In this document: positions 1 to 8,191 of the stretch, one piece after another | How the letters are laid out: every line of letters starts with the position of its first letter | Position numbering within the stretch: the first letter of the stretch is position 1 | Origin: Chloroflexota bacterium | GTDB lineage: Bacteria; Chloroflexota; Dehalococcoidia; GIF9; AB-539-J10 | DNA: 64,000 nucleotides | Reading direction: 5' to 3' | Assembly: GCA_037444365.1 (NCBI GenBank) | Contig: JBBIMO010000004.1 | Coordinates: 1,061-65,060 of the forward strand | The notes under the pieces: model-generated | Database searches by the model: none | Seen by the model: the letters and a program-made list of their open reading frames with translations, nothing else | Told to the model about the DNA's origin: nothing | Translations under genes and position numbers: made by a program

Positions 1-2433
1 CTCGGCAGCCTCCCTGACCATCCGGTTGGCTGAGTTGATTTCGGGCAGGAAGCGCCTCCTCCCCAGCACTGTTTGCACGTAGCCCAGCTTGCGCGCCTGC
101 TCCTTGGTGGTTTCCAGGTATTCCTTCACCTTGGGATATTTGTCGAAGTACCGGGCGATAAACTGGGCGGCTTCCTCCCGGCTGAGACCGGTGGCTTGTT
201 CTAATCCATAATCGCTCATGCCATAGATGACTCCGAAATTGACAGTCTTGGCGTTGCGGCGCATTTCAGGAGTCACCTCGCCAACTGGGATGCCGAAGAT
301 CTTGGAGGCGGTCGTAGCATGGATATCCTCGTTCTCGGCGAAGGCGGAGATGAGACTCGGGTCCTGGGAAAGGTGCGCCAGAGCTCGCAGGTCAATCTGC
401 GAATAGTCAGCGCTCAAGAGGTATGCCCCGGGCGGAGCTACGATGGCCTTCCTTATCTTGTTCCCCATCTCGGTCCTTATAGGTATATTCTGAAGGTTGG
501 GGTCGCTGGAGGAGAGCCTGCCAGTGGTCGTGCCCGTCTGATTGAGGGTGGTATGCACCCTTCCCGTCTTACGGTTAATGAGCGCGGGCAGGGCATCAAC
601 ATAGGTTGACTTGAGCTTACTGAGCTGGCGATACTGCAGTATGAGTTCCACTACGGGATGAACGCCCCTCAGAGCTTCCATTACCGAGGCTTCGGTGGAA
701 TAGCCCGTCTTCGTCCTGCGAGACTGGGGCAAGCGGAGGTCCTCAAAGAGTACCTTACCCAATTGCTGGGGCGAGTTGATGTTGAACTGGTGCCCGACGC
801 TGCCATAGATTTCCTTTTCCAGTCTCACCAAATCCTTTCCCAATTCCTGCGACATCTCATGGAGCAGCTCGGTGTTCAGAAGGATTCCGTTTTTCTCCAT
901 AGCCACCAGAACCGGAATCAAAGCCATCTCAACTTCGGTGAAAAGCTGCCACAGTCCCTGCTTCTGCAGGTCGGTTTCCAGACTCTCTTTCAGACCCCAA
1001 AGAGTGTTCACAGCGACACAGGCGTGGTCACCAACTCGGCCCGCATCCAGCAGGGACAGGGAGCTTTGTTTCTTGCCGGCGCCAGTCAATTCAGCAATAG
1101 TTGTAATCTCTATGCCCAGCTTGTTGAAGGCGAGCGCTTTGAGCCCCAGGCTTTTTTCCCCAAGGAGATAGGCAGCGAGCATGGGGTCGAAATTCAAATT
1201 CCCAATCTTAACCCCGCAACCAGCCAGCACCGCCATAACATGCTTGCCGTCATAAGCAATCTTGCCTGTGCTGGCGTTTTCTAGAACTGGCTTGAGTCGG
1301 CTTATGACCTGGGTTAGCGACAACTGCGGCGGCTGACTTAAGCCCTGGTGCGCCAGAGGGATATAGAATGCCTTCCCGCGGCTTGGAGATATGGCTATGC
1401 CTACCAAGTCCGCAGTGATAGCCTTCTCCACGGTCGTTTCAACTTCGATAGCGAGGTCCTGCGCTGCTTCCAACTCACCCATAAGCTGTCCCAGGCTCGT
1501 TTCGCTGTTCACTATGTGAGACCTGACTGCTGAGGGCTGATAGCTCTCGCCCTTCACCTGGGGCAATCGTGGTAGCAGATTGATGAACTCAAGCTCCTGG
1601 AAAAGCTTTGCCACGCTGTTACGGTCATAGTGGCTGACCTGACAGGTCTTCAGGTCTAGCTTCACAGGGACATCTTTGACTATTGTGGACAGCTCTTTGC
1701 TCCGAAGAGCCTGAGCCCGATATTCGCGTAGCGTGTCCTGCAACTTCCTGGGCGTTATCTCTGCGATGTGGTCGTAAATTCCCTGAAGGCTGCCGTACTG
1801 CTGAAGCAACTTGGCGGCTGTCTTCTCACCGATGCCCGGCACGCCGCGTATGTTGTCCGAGACATCGCCAGCCAGTGCCTTCAGGTCAGCGAGTTGTTCG
1901 GGCTTGATGCCATATTTCTGCTTCACTGCTTCTTCATCGTAGAGGACAGTATCTGCGAAGCCCCGCCGGGGGGCCAGGGCTTTCACTCGAGGCAAGACAG
2001 CTTGCAGCATGTCATTGTCCCCCGTAACAATGATGGTCTCAATGCCCTGCTCATCAGCCTGCCTGCTCAACGTGCCCAGGACGTCGTCGGCTTCGAAGCC
2101 GTCAATTTCAAAAACAGGAATGTGGAAGGCTTCCACCAGCTGGCGCACTTTCTTAAGCTGGCTTTTCAATTCCTCGGGCGTGGCAGGACGCTGGGCTTTG
2201 TATTCCTCGAACATTTCATGCCTGAAGGTGGGAGTCGGGCGGTCAAAGGCGATAGCCCAGTAGGTTGGCTTAAAGTCGGCAACCACCTTGAGCAACGTGC
2301 TGGCAAAGCCATAGACGGCGTTGACCATCTCTCCCGTCCTTGATTGAGTCAGCGGAGGCAAGGCGTGAAAAGCGCGGTGCACCAGAGCATTGCCGTCAAA
2401 GAGCAGCAGAAGCTGCCTCTCTTCTTTCGCCAC
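1..2433 (-). CDS. polA: DNA polymerase I (PolA), C-terminus cut by window edge
   Basis: Minus-strand translation shows Pol I motif A (LLSADYSQIDLRELAHLS) and motif B (RRNAKTVNFGVIYGMS) near the window start. The 5'-3' exonuclease N-terminus (VAKEERQLLLLFDGNALVHRAFHALPPL) begins at a GTG at 2433, preceded by an in-frame TAG. It is missing from the ORF track because the ORF runs off the window. Confidence 0.85.
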   Translation of the reverse strand, partial: MAKEERQLLLLFDGNALVHRAFHALPPLTQSRTGEMVNAVYGFASTLLKVVADFKPTYWAIAFDRPTPTFRHEMFEEYKAQRPATPEELKSQLKKVRQLVEAFHIPVFEIDGFEADDVLGTLSRQADEQGIETIIVTGDNDMLQAVLPRVKALAPRRGFADTVLYDEEAVKQKYGIKPEQLADLKALAGDVSDNIRGVPGIGEKTAAKLLQQYGSLQGIYDHIAEITPRKLQDTLREYRAQALRSKELSTIVKDVPVKLDLKTCQVSHYDRNSVAKLFQELEFINLLPRLPQVKGESYQPSAVRSHIVNSETSLGQLMGELEAAQDLAIEVETTVEKAITADLVGIAISPSRGKAFYIPLAHQGLSQPPQLSLTQVISRLKPVLENASTGKIAYDGKHVMAVLAGCGVKIGNLNFDPMLAAYLLGEKSLGLKALAFNKLGIEITTIAELTGAGKKQSSLSLLDAGRVGDHACVAVNTLWGLKESLETDLQKQGLWQLFTEVEMALIPVLVAMEKNGILLNTELLHEMSQELGKDLVRLEKEIYGSVGHQFNINSPQQLGKVLFEDLRLPQSRRTKTGYSTEASVMEALRGVHPVVELILQYRQLSKLKSTYVDALPALINRKTGRVHTTLNQTGTTTGRLSSSDPNLQNIPIRTEMGNKIRKAIVAPPGAYLLSADYSQIDLRALAHLSQDPSLISAFAENEDIHATTASKIFGIPVGEVTPEMRRNAKTVNFGVIYGMSDYGLEQATGLSREEAAQFIARYFDKYPKVKEYLETTKEQARKLGYVQTVLGRRRFLPEINSANRMVREAAE

Positions 2434-2532
2434 AATCCTATTATACTACGATTACATCGAAATCCTGGAAACTCCTGAGCGCGAGACAATAATGACCGAA
2501 ACATGATAGAATCCTGCCCGAAAGGCCTACGG

Positions 2533-3297
2533 ATGGCGGATACCACTCAGACCAGCACAATCAAGCGTAGCCGTTTCTGGGAGATAGACCTCCTACGCAC
2601 CAACGCCATAGCAGTCATGATAGCCTACCACACGCTCCTTCTAATAGACTACTTCGGCATCCGCCAGACCGCCCAGTATCTGTATCCCAGGTTCTGGGTG
2701 TGGTTCACCTTTGGCGGCGGCACCTTCATCTTCCTGGCCGGAGTTTCGCTCACAATCGCTCACTCCAGGTCAAGGAGAATCAAGCCGTTTATGATCAGGG
2801 GCCTGCAGATATTCGCCATGGGCATGGGGATTACTCTGGCTACATGGCTGATCCCGGGGACAGACTATGTTCGCTTCGGCGTGCTCCACTTCTTCGGGCT
2901 TGCGTTCATACTCGCCCCTTTCTTTTTGAGATTCCGTTTCGTCAACCTGATTCTGGGCATCGCCTTGATGGTACTCGGTTTCTACCTCCGGGACATACGC
3001 TTCGATTTCCCGTGGCTGCTCTGGCTGGGGCTCATGCCCCACGGCTTTGGGGGAATAATGGACTACATGCCGATGCTGCCATGGTTCGGTCTCTTCCTGG
3101 CCGGGATGTTCTTCGGCAGAATTCTCTACCCGCAAGGAAACAGAAGATTCGACATTCCCGACTTCAACAACCGGGTTGTCTCGGCTTTGACTCTGCCGGG
3201 AAGACATCCGCTCGGGATATACCTTGCTCAGTGGCCAGCAATTGTCGGCGTCCTGCTGGCACTATTCCCCGCCAATGTGCTCCCCTACTTCCCCTAA
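2533..3297 (+). CDS. DUF1624-like multi-pass membrane protein (heparan-alpha-glucosaminide N-acetyltransferase-like family)
   Basis: ORF 2503..3297 is very hydrophobic with multiple predicted TM segments. The N-terminal pattern RFWEIDLLRTNAIAVMIAYH is typical of DUF1624. Start taken at ATG 2533 (alternative ATG 2503). Confidence 0.5.
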   Translation: MADTTQTSTIKRSRFWEIDLLRTNAIAVMIAYHTLLLIDYFGIRQTAQYLYPRFWVWFTFGGGTFIFLAGVSLTIAHSRSRRIKPFMIRGLQIFAMGMGITLATWLIPGTDYVRFGVLHFFGLAFILAPFFLRFRFVNLILGIALMVLGFYLRDIRFDFPWLLWLGLMPHGFGGIMDYMPMLPWFGLFLAGMFFGRILYPQGNRRFDIPDFNNRVVSALTLPGRHPLGIYLAQWPAIVGVLLALFPANVLPYFP

Positions 3298-3453
3298 ATG
3301 GGGTCAACTCTGTTTTTCCCGCAATCTGTGACTACCCCGACTCTCAGGACAGATATCTATCGTGCATTTCCCAAATGCAGGGTGGCGGCTTGTTTCCAAC
3401 CGAGGAAGTGTAATGCTGAGCCGAACCGAAAAATGAAGTTGACCCCTTCTTAG

Positions 3454-4074
3454 TCAGTTCACAAAAGAGGCCATCATTATGTACATGCCGAAGTGTATGA
3501 CGAAGCAAGGCAGAAACGACCTCGTCTTGAATGCGATGTAGCCGAAAGCAAAGCCCCCTGGAATGCAGGCCAGCGTCTCTAGAAAGGGCTTCCCGAAATG
3601 AAGCAGTACAAAGGGAATGATCTGCACAAAGATGGCACTGCCGCCTATTGATCTTTCCAGGCCAAACAGCATGTATCCACGAAACATGAATTCCCAGGCA
3701 AACATATATAGGGCAGTGTCGAGCAGCAACTCGGGCCAGTCTATAAGATCCTTGTGATAGTAAGAGCGAAACTCGGGTATCTTGCTGGCAGCGTAGAGAA
3801 TCAGCGCCATGGCAGCAAGGCAGATCGGAACGAGAATTAACGCCGATTTCCAGCGCCCGATGCGGACACCGTAATCGGAAGGCTTGTGCCGGAAGAGCAA
3901 CCAGCCCGATGCCAGAGGCATCAGCAACCAATAAATGAGCTCCGTCGCCCGAGGAAAGTCTATGTCTAGAGGGTGATAATGCTCGAGAACCAAGCCCAGC
4001 GTGGATATGCCAACCACAGCCGCAAAGTTCAGGTCGTAGCCCCCTACTATCCTGTTTTTGATGTACGTTTGCAT
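3454..4074 (-). CDS. CPBP (CAAX/Abi-type) intramembrane metalloprotease family protein
   Basis: 206-aa multi-TM ORF with CPBP-like motifs: WEFMFRGY (EExxxR-like), LLHFGK (FxxxH) and HFGMYIMM. Confidence 0.6.
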   Translation of the reverse strand: MQTYIKNRIVGGYDLNFAAVVGISTLGLVLEHYHPLDIDFPRATELIYWLLMPLASGWLLFRHKPSDYGVRIGRWKSALILVPICLAAMALILYAASKIPEFRSYYHKDLIDWPELLLDTALYMFAWEFMFRGYMLFGLERSIGGSAIFVQIIPFVLLHFGKPFLETLACIPGGFAFGYIAFKTRSFLPCFVIHFGMYIMMASFVN

Positions 4075-4263
4075 TTCAATTGCGACAGACTACACCTCTT
4101 TTTTTATACCTGATTCCCGAGTGCCAACCAGCAAAGTAAGTGTACCACAAACGACGGTCGGAACAGTCTGTTTGTGCCACAATCATGCGCAGCAAGCGCA
4201 GTCCGTGTCAGATACCTGGATAACAAGGGTATAATAGGAGAGAGGGAGGACGGGAGCAAGTAC

Positions 4264-5988
4264 ATGAGAAACTGCGACATAGCTAAGGTATTCCAGGACA
4301 TTGCCGACCTGCTGGAGCTTAAGGGGGAGAATGTCTTCAAGATCCGCGCCTATCAGAATGCAGCCCGAGCCATCGAGCATTACCCCAGAGAACTGGAGGT
4401 TATGGTTGAGGAAGGGGAGGACCTGCAGAGTATTCCCGGCGTGGGTGAGGCAATAGCTAAGAAGACCACCGAGCTGACAAAGACGGGCAGGCTGGGTTAC
4501 TACGAAAATTTGAAGGCGGAGTTTCCCCAGGGGATAACCAGTCTTCTGGCTATACCCGGAATCGGACCCAAGACGGCTAACAAGCTCTCCGAGGAACTGG
4601 CGATAACCTCGGTAGATGAACTGGAGAGGGCAATCAACGATGGGCGGGTGGCTCAACTATCAGGCCTTGGCGAAAAGACCGCTGACAACATCCTCCACCA
4701 AATTCAAGCGTTGCGGCGCAAGGACCGGCGCACTCCCATCGGCGTGGCCTTACCAGCCGCTGAGGAAATAATGGATGCTCTCCGCTCTATTCGCGATGTG
4801 GGCAATCTCACTCCCGCTGGCAACTTACGGCGCTTTCGGGAAACAGTGGGCGATATTGACCTCATGGGCACAGCCGATAACCCCGAGAACGTCATAGATG
4901 CTTTTGTCACACTGCCCCAGGTTAGGCAGGTGTTGGCCCGAAGGTCAACCAAAGCCAGCGTTATTGTCAGTGGCGCCTTACAGGTTGACCTGAGGATGGT
5001 GGAGCGCGACTCCTTTGGTTCTTTGCTTCAGTACTTCACCGGGAGCAACCAACACAACATCTCCTTGAGAGAAAGAGGACATAAGCAGGGACTGAAGCTA
5101 AGCGAGTATGGGATAACCGTCATAGCGACAGACAAGCTGGAGAGATTTGCGTCAGAGGAGGCATTCTACAATCGGCTGGGGCTCCAGTACATTCCACCAG
5201 AACTCAGAGAGGCTCAGGGTGAAATAGAAAGAGCTGAGCGAGGAGCTCTACCCAGGCTCGTGGAGTTATCCGACATGAAGGGAGACCTTCATACGCATAC
5301 TGAATGGAGCGACGGGCGTGATTCCATGGAACAACTAGCGCTGGCGGCCCGGGACATGGGCTATCAGTACATTGCAATCACGGAACATTCCGCCGGACGA
5401 GGTATCGCTCATGGCCTGAATATGGAGAGGCTGAGACAACAGGTTGCTGAAATCAAAGCCCTTAACCAGCGTCTGAGTGGAATCCGTGTGCTCGCGGGCA
5501 TCGAGGTTGATATCCGAGCAGACGGCAGACTGGACCTGCCACACGAGATTCTATCTGAACTGGACATAGTGATTGCCGCAGTGCACTCGGCCATGAACCA
5601 GAGCGCAGACAAGATGACTCAGAGGGTAATAGCAGCCATAGAGGATCCCGATGTGGACATGATTGCCCACCCCACCTGCCGCCTTATAGGAGAGCGTGAG
5701 CCGGTAGCCATAGACTTGGAGGCTGTCTTCAAGGCAGCGGCCAAACATAACAAGATTATGGAGATTAGCTCCATGCCTGACCGCCTCGACCTGAAGGACG
5801 TCCATGCTTTTCGTGCCCGGGAATTGGGGGTGAAGCTCGCCATCGGGACCGATGCCCACAGCATTGCTCATCTCGGCTCTATGAGATTCGGGGTCGGAGT
5901 CGCCCGGCGGGCCTGGTGTGAGCCGCAGCATATACTGAATACCTTGCCTCTAGACAGATTACTTGGCTTCTTGAATCGGAAGAGCTGA
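4264..5988 (+). CDS. polX: DNA polymerase X family protein with C-terminal PHP phosphoesterase domain
   Basis: ORF 4174..5988. The N-terminus has Pol-beta-like HhH and nucleotidyltransferase regions (IPGVGEAIAKK, IPGIGPKTA). The C-terminus has a PHP domain (DLHTHTEWSDG ... HP ... GTDAHS). Start assigned to ATG 4264, preceded by GGAGAGAGGGAGGA. Confidence 0.8.
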   Translation: MRNCDIAKVFQDIADLLELKGENVFKIRAYQNAARAIEHYPRELEVMVEEGEDLQSIPGVGEAIAKKTTELTKTGRLGYYENLKAEFPQGITSLLAIPGIGPKTANKLSEELAITSVDELERAINDGRVAQLSGLGEKTADNILHQIQALRRKDRRTPIGVALPAAEEIMDALRSIRDVGNLTPAGNLRRFRETVGDIDLMGTADNPENVIDAFVTLPQVRQVLARRSTKASVIVSGALQVDLRMVERDSFGSLLQYFTGSNQHNISLRERGHKQGLKLSEYGITVIATDKLERFASEEAFYNRLGLQYIPPELREAQGEIERAERGALPRLVELSDMKGDLHTHTEWSDGRDSMEQLALAARDMGYQYIAITEHSAGRGIAHGLNMERLRQQVAEIKALNQRLSGIRVLAGIEVDIRADGRLDLPHEILSELDIVIAAVHSAMNQSADKMTQRVIAAIEDPDVDMIAHPTCRLIGEREPVAIDLEAVFKAAAKHNKIMEISSMPDRLDLKDVHAFRARELGVKLAIGTDAHSIAHLGSMRFGVGVARRAWCEPQHILNTLPLDRLLGFLNRKS

Positions 5989-6166
5989 TTATTGCTGTAG
6001 ACCTTCTCAACTCAGGCGGCGCCTTCGCCTGTTCGGGCTCGATGACAGTGACTCAATGCTTCGCATGCGGCTCATACCCTGTCTTTCGTGGAGAAGACAG
6101 ACCTGTTTCCAAGGGGGAAACAAGAACATCAAAGCCTGCTTTGGTATGCTGGATTAGCCAGCCAAA

Positions 6167-6175
6167 TGCTATAAT
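6167..6175 (+). promoter_or_regulatory. extended -10 element (TGcTATAAT) upstream of the FabK-like gene
   Basis: TGCTATAAT at 6167-6175, about 30 nt upstream of the ATG. No good -35 element. Confidence 0.35.
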
Positions 6176-6204
6176 CAGAACAAATATCAGAAGGAGGAAA
6201 CACG

Positions 6205-7212
6205 ATGTTCAAGACACGCATAACCGAGCTCCTAGGCATCAAGTACCCTATCACCCAGGGTGGAATGATGTGGCTTTCCCGGGCGGAGCTGGTAGCCGCG
6301 GTGTCCAACGCCGGGGCTCTCGGCATCCTCACCGCATTTACTTTTCCAACACCCGCGGAACTGGCTGCTGAAATCAAGAAGACCAGAACTCTCACCAACA
6401 AACCTTTCGGAGTGAACATAACACTGCTGCCAACCCTTCGCCCCATTGATATTGACGGTTACATCAGCGCAGCTATCGATTCGGGGGTGAAGGTTGTGGA
6501 GACAGCTGGCAGAAGCCCCGAGCAGTACATGGGGCGGCTTAAGGCAGCGGGAGTGAAGGTGATACACAAGTGTACGGCAGTCCGCTTCGCCCGCACCGCT
6601 CAGCGAATAGGCTGCGATGCCGTCAGCATTGACGGCTTTGAGTGCGCCGGAGCCCCGGGCGAGGAAGATGTTACCTCTCTCGTCTTGATTCCGTTGACTG
6701 TTGATGCTGTGGATATCCCGGTTATTGCCTCTGGTGGCTTTGGCGATGGGCGTGGCCTTGTGGCTGCCCTGGCGCTGGGAGCAAGCGGAATCAATATGGG
6801 CACTCGATTTATGGCAACACAAGAATGTGCTATCCATCCCAAGGTGAAAGAATGGTTGGTACAGTCATCAGAACGGGATACCATGCTAGTAATGCGTTCT
6901 CTACGTAACACTGAGAGAGTATTGAGAAATGCTACGGCCGAGAAGGTGGTAGAGATGGAAAAACGCAATGCCAGCCTGGAGGAACTAGCCTCACTGCTCA
7001 GCGGTAAGAGAGGGCTCGAGGTCTACGAAACAGGTGCCCTTGACCGAGGATTGGTAGCTTGTGGACAGGTAGTGGGCCTTATTCGCGACATACCCACAGT
7101 CAAGGAGGTGATAGACAGGACAATCAAGGAAGCTGAGGAGGTCGTCTCCAAGTTAACCGCCCGCGGCACTTTTCAGCCGCTGCGCAAACCTACTGAGGCG
7201 ACAAAACAGTAA
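6205..7212 (+). CDS. fabK: NMO-family flavin oxidoreductase, FabK-like enoyl-ACP reductase II / nitronate monooxygenase
   Basis: Strong resemblance to the FabK/NMO family (MFKTRITELLGIKYPITQGGMMWLSRAELVAAVSNAGALGIL ... PVIASGG ... GTRF). AGGAGGA RBS lies upstream. Confidence 0.7.
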   Translation: MFKTRITELLGIKYPITQGGMMWLSRAELVAAVSNAGALGILTAFTFPTPAELAAEIKKTRTLTNKPFGVNITLLPTLRPIDIDGYISAAIDSGVKVVETAGRSPEQYMGRLKAAGVKVIHKCTAVRFARTAQRIGCDAVSIDGFECAGAPGEEDVTSLVLIPLTVDAVDIPVIASGGFGDGRGLVAALALGASGINMGTRFMATQECAIHPKVKEWLVQSSERDTMLVMRSLRNTERVLRNATAEKVVEMEKRNASLEELASLLSGKRGLEVYETGALDRGLVACGQVVGLIRDIPTVKEVIDRTIKEAEEVVSKLTARGTFQPLRKPTEATKQ

Positions 7213-7327
7213 GCCCTGCCTATTACAAATAGGTTCATGACAGCAAGGAACCCCGCTTGGTCACGAACGAGAGGCCGCCTGGAGTCATCGGGCTGATAAA
7301 GCTACAAGCTGATTTTGGGGAATCATT

Positions 7328-8038
7328 GTGGAGGTAGCTGGAGTGTCTACTCGAGATACTCAGGCAATCCAAGGACTGAGAAGCGCTATTGGTGAAGGCA
7401 GAGACTGGTATGTATCCCTGCTTGAAGCCGTGCGTCTATGGACAAGTCCCGAAGAGGACTATGCCGGGCGACATTACCAGTATCTTATTGACGACGAGGC
7501 TTTCGATTGGTTGGTTCTGGCCGAGAGGTTATGTGAAGATCTCGATGGACTTATCCCTGAGCAGGAGCTGATTAACCTTCTCTTCTTCGACAGGCCGCCG
7601 AGAGAATTATCTAAGGAAGAGCTCAAAAACCTCATCGGCACCTCGAAGTACCAGGCTTATCTAAACTATCTTTATGGCATTCTTGTGGAAGGATTCCTCA
7701 TCCTGGCTGTGACTGAAGAGATACGAAAACACAAGAGAACTTTGGGTTTGAACACCGATGACGGAGTGGTTGACGAGGCCTACCGGCGTATTTATGGCGC
7801 TACTCAATCTGCCCTGTTGAAGCAGTTCAGAAAAGAAAGACACCACCCACAGCTTAAATCCATTAGACTGAGCGAGCTTAATGAATTTACCTATTGGCTA
7901 TTCAAGTATCGCATTAGGATGCGCGATAAGTCCTGCGTGGCTAGCGACACCAAGAAAGCCCTGACGAAACTACATGAGATCTTAGCCCTCAAAGGCAAGC
8001 CAGTCCGCTCTTCGCATGAGTTAGATTCTGAATCCTAG
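7328..8038 (+). CDS. hypothetical protein (GTG start)
   Basis: 236-aa ORF with no recognisable family. Predicted soluble. Contains RKERHH. Confidence 0.4.
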   Translation: MEVAGVSTRDTQAIQGLRSAIGEGRDWYVSLLEAVRLWTSPEEDYAGRHYQYLIDDEAFDWLVLAERLCEDLDGLIPEQELINLLFFDRPPRELSKEELKNLIGTSKYQAYLNYLYGILVEGFLILAVTEEIRKHKRTLGLNTDDGVVDEAYRRIYGATQSALLKQFRKERHHPQLKSIRLSELNEFTYWLFKYRIRMRDKSCVASDTKKALTKLHEILALKGKPVRSSHELDSES

Positions 8039-8191
8039 TTTCTGAGCTTTAACAGAACCTCTTTCCGAGATTTCAAACTCCAAATCCTGAACAAATCCAG
8101 AATACCAAGTCCCAATACCAGGCTGGCCTTGTGGGTAGAGTTCTGTCTGGGAGTTCCAGATGCTAGTCTTTTTACGTTGCGGATTCCCGCC

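Noticed and set aside
319-2343. Plus-strand ORFs 319..609, 658..1284, 872..1171, 1768..2343 offered by the ORF track
   Set aside because: They are antisense to a clearly recognisable polA (Pol I motifs A and B and the 5'-3' exonuclease domain on the minus strand). Their translations are low-complexity and family-less.
2349-2546. Minus-strand 65-aa ORF at the polA start region
   Set aside because: Different frame from polA, spans the divergent promoter region, no RBS or homology.
7661-7846. Small antisense ORFs inside annotated genes (e.g. 7661..7846, 9019..9240, 11565..12059, 35665..36294)
   Set aside because: Fully embedded antisense to well-supported CDSs, no homology. Typical spurious ORFs in a moderately GC-rich genome.
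7328-8038. HEPN-like toxin call for the 236-aa hypothetical based on RKERHH
   Set aside because: A single Rx4H match without a partner nucleotidyltransferase or antitoxin gene and without profile support is insufficient. It is left as a hypothetical protein.
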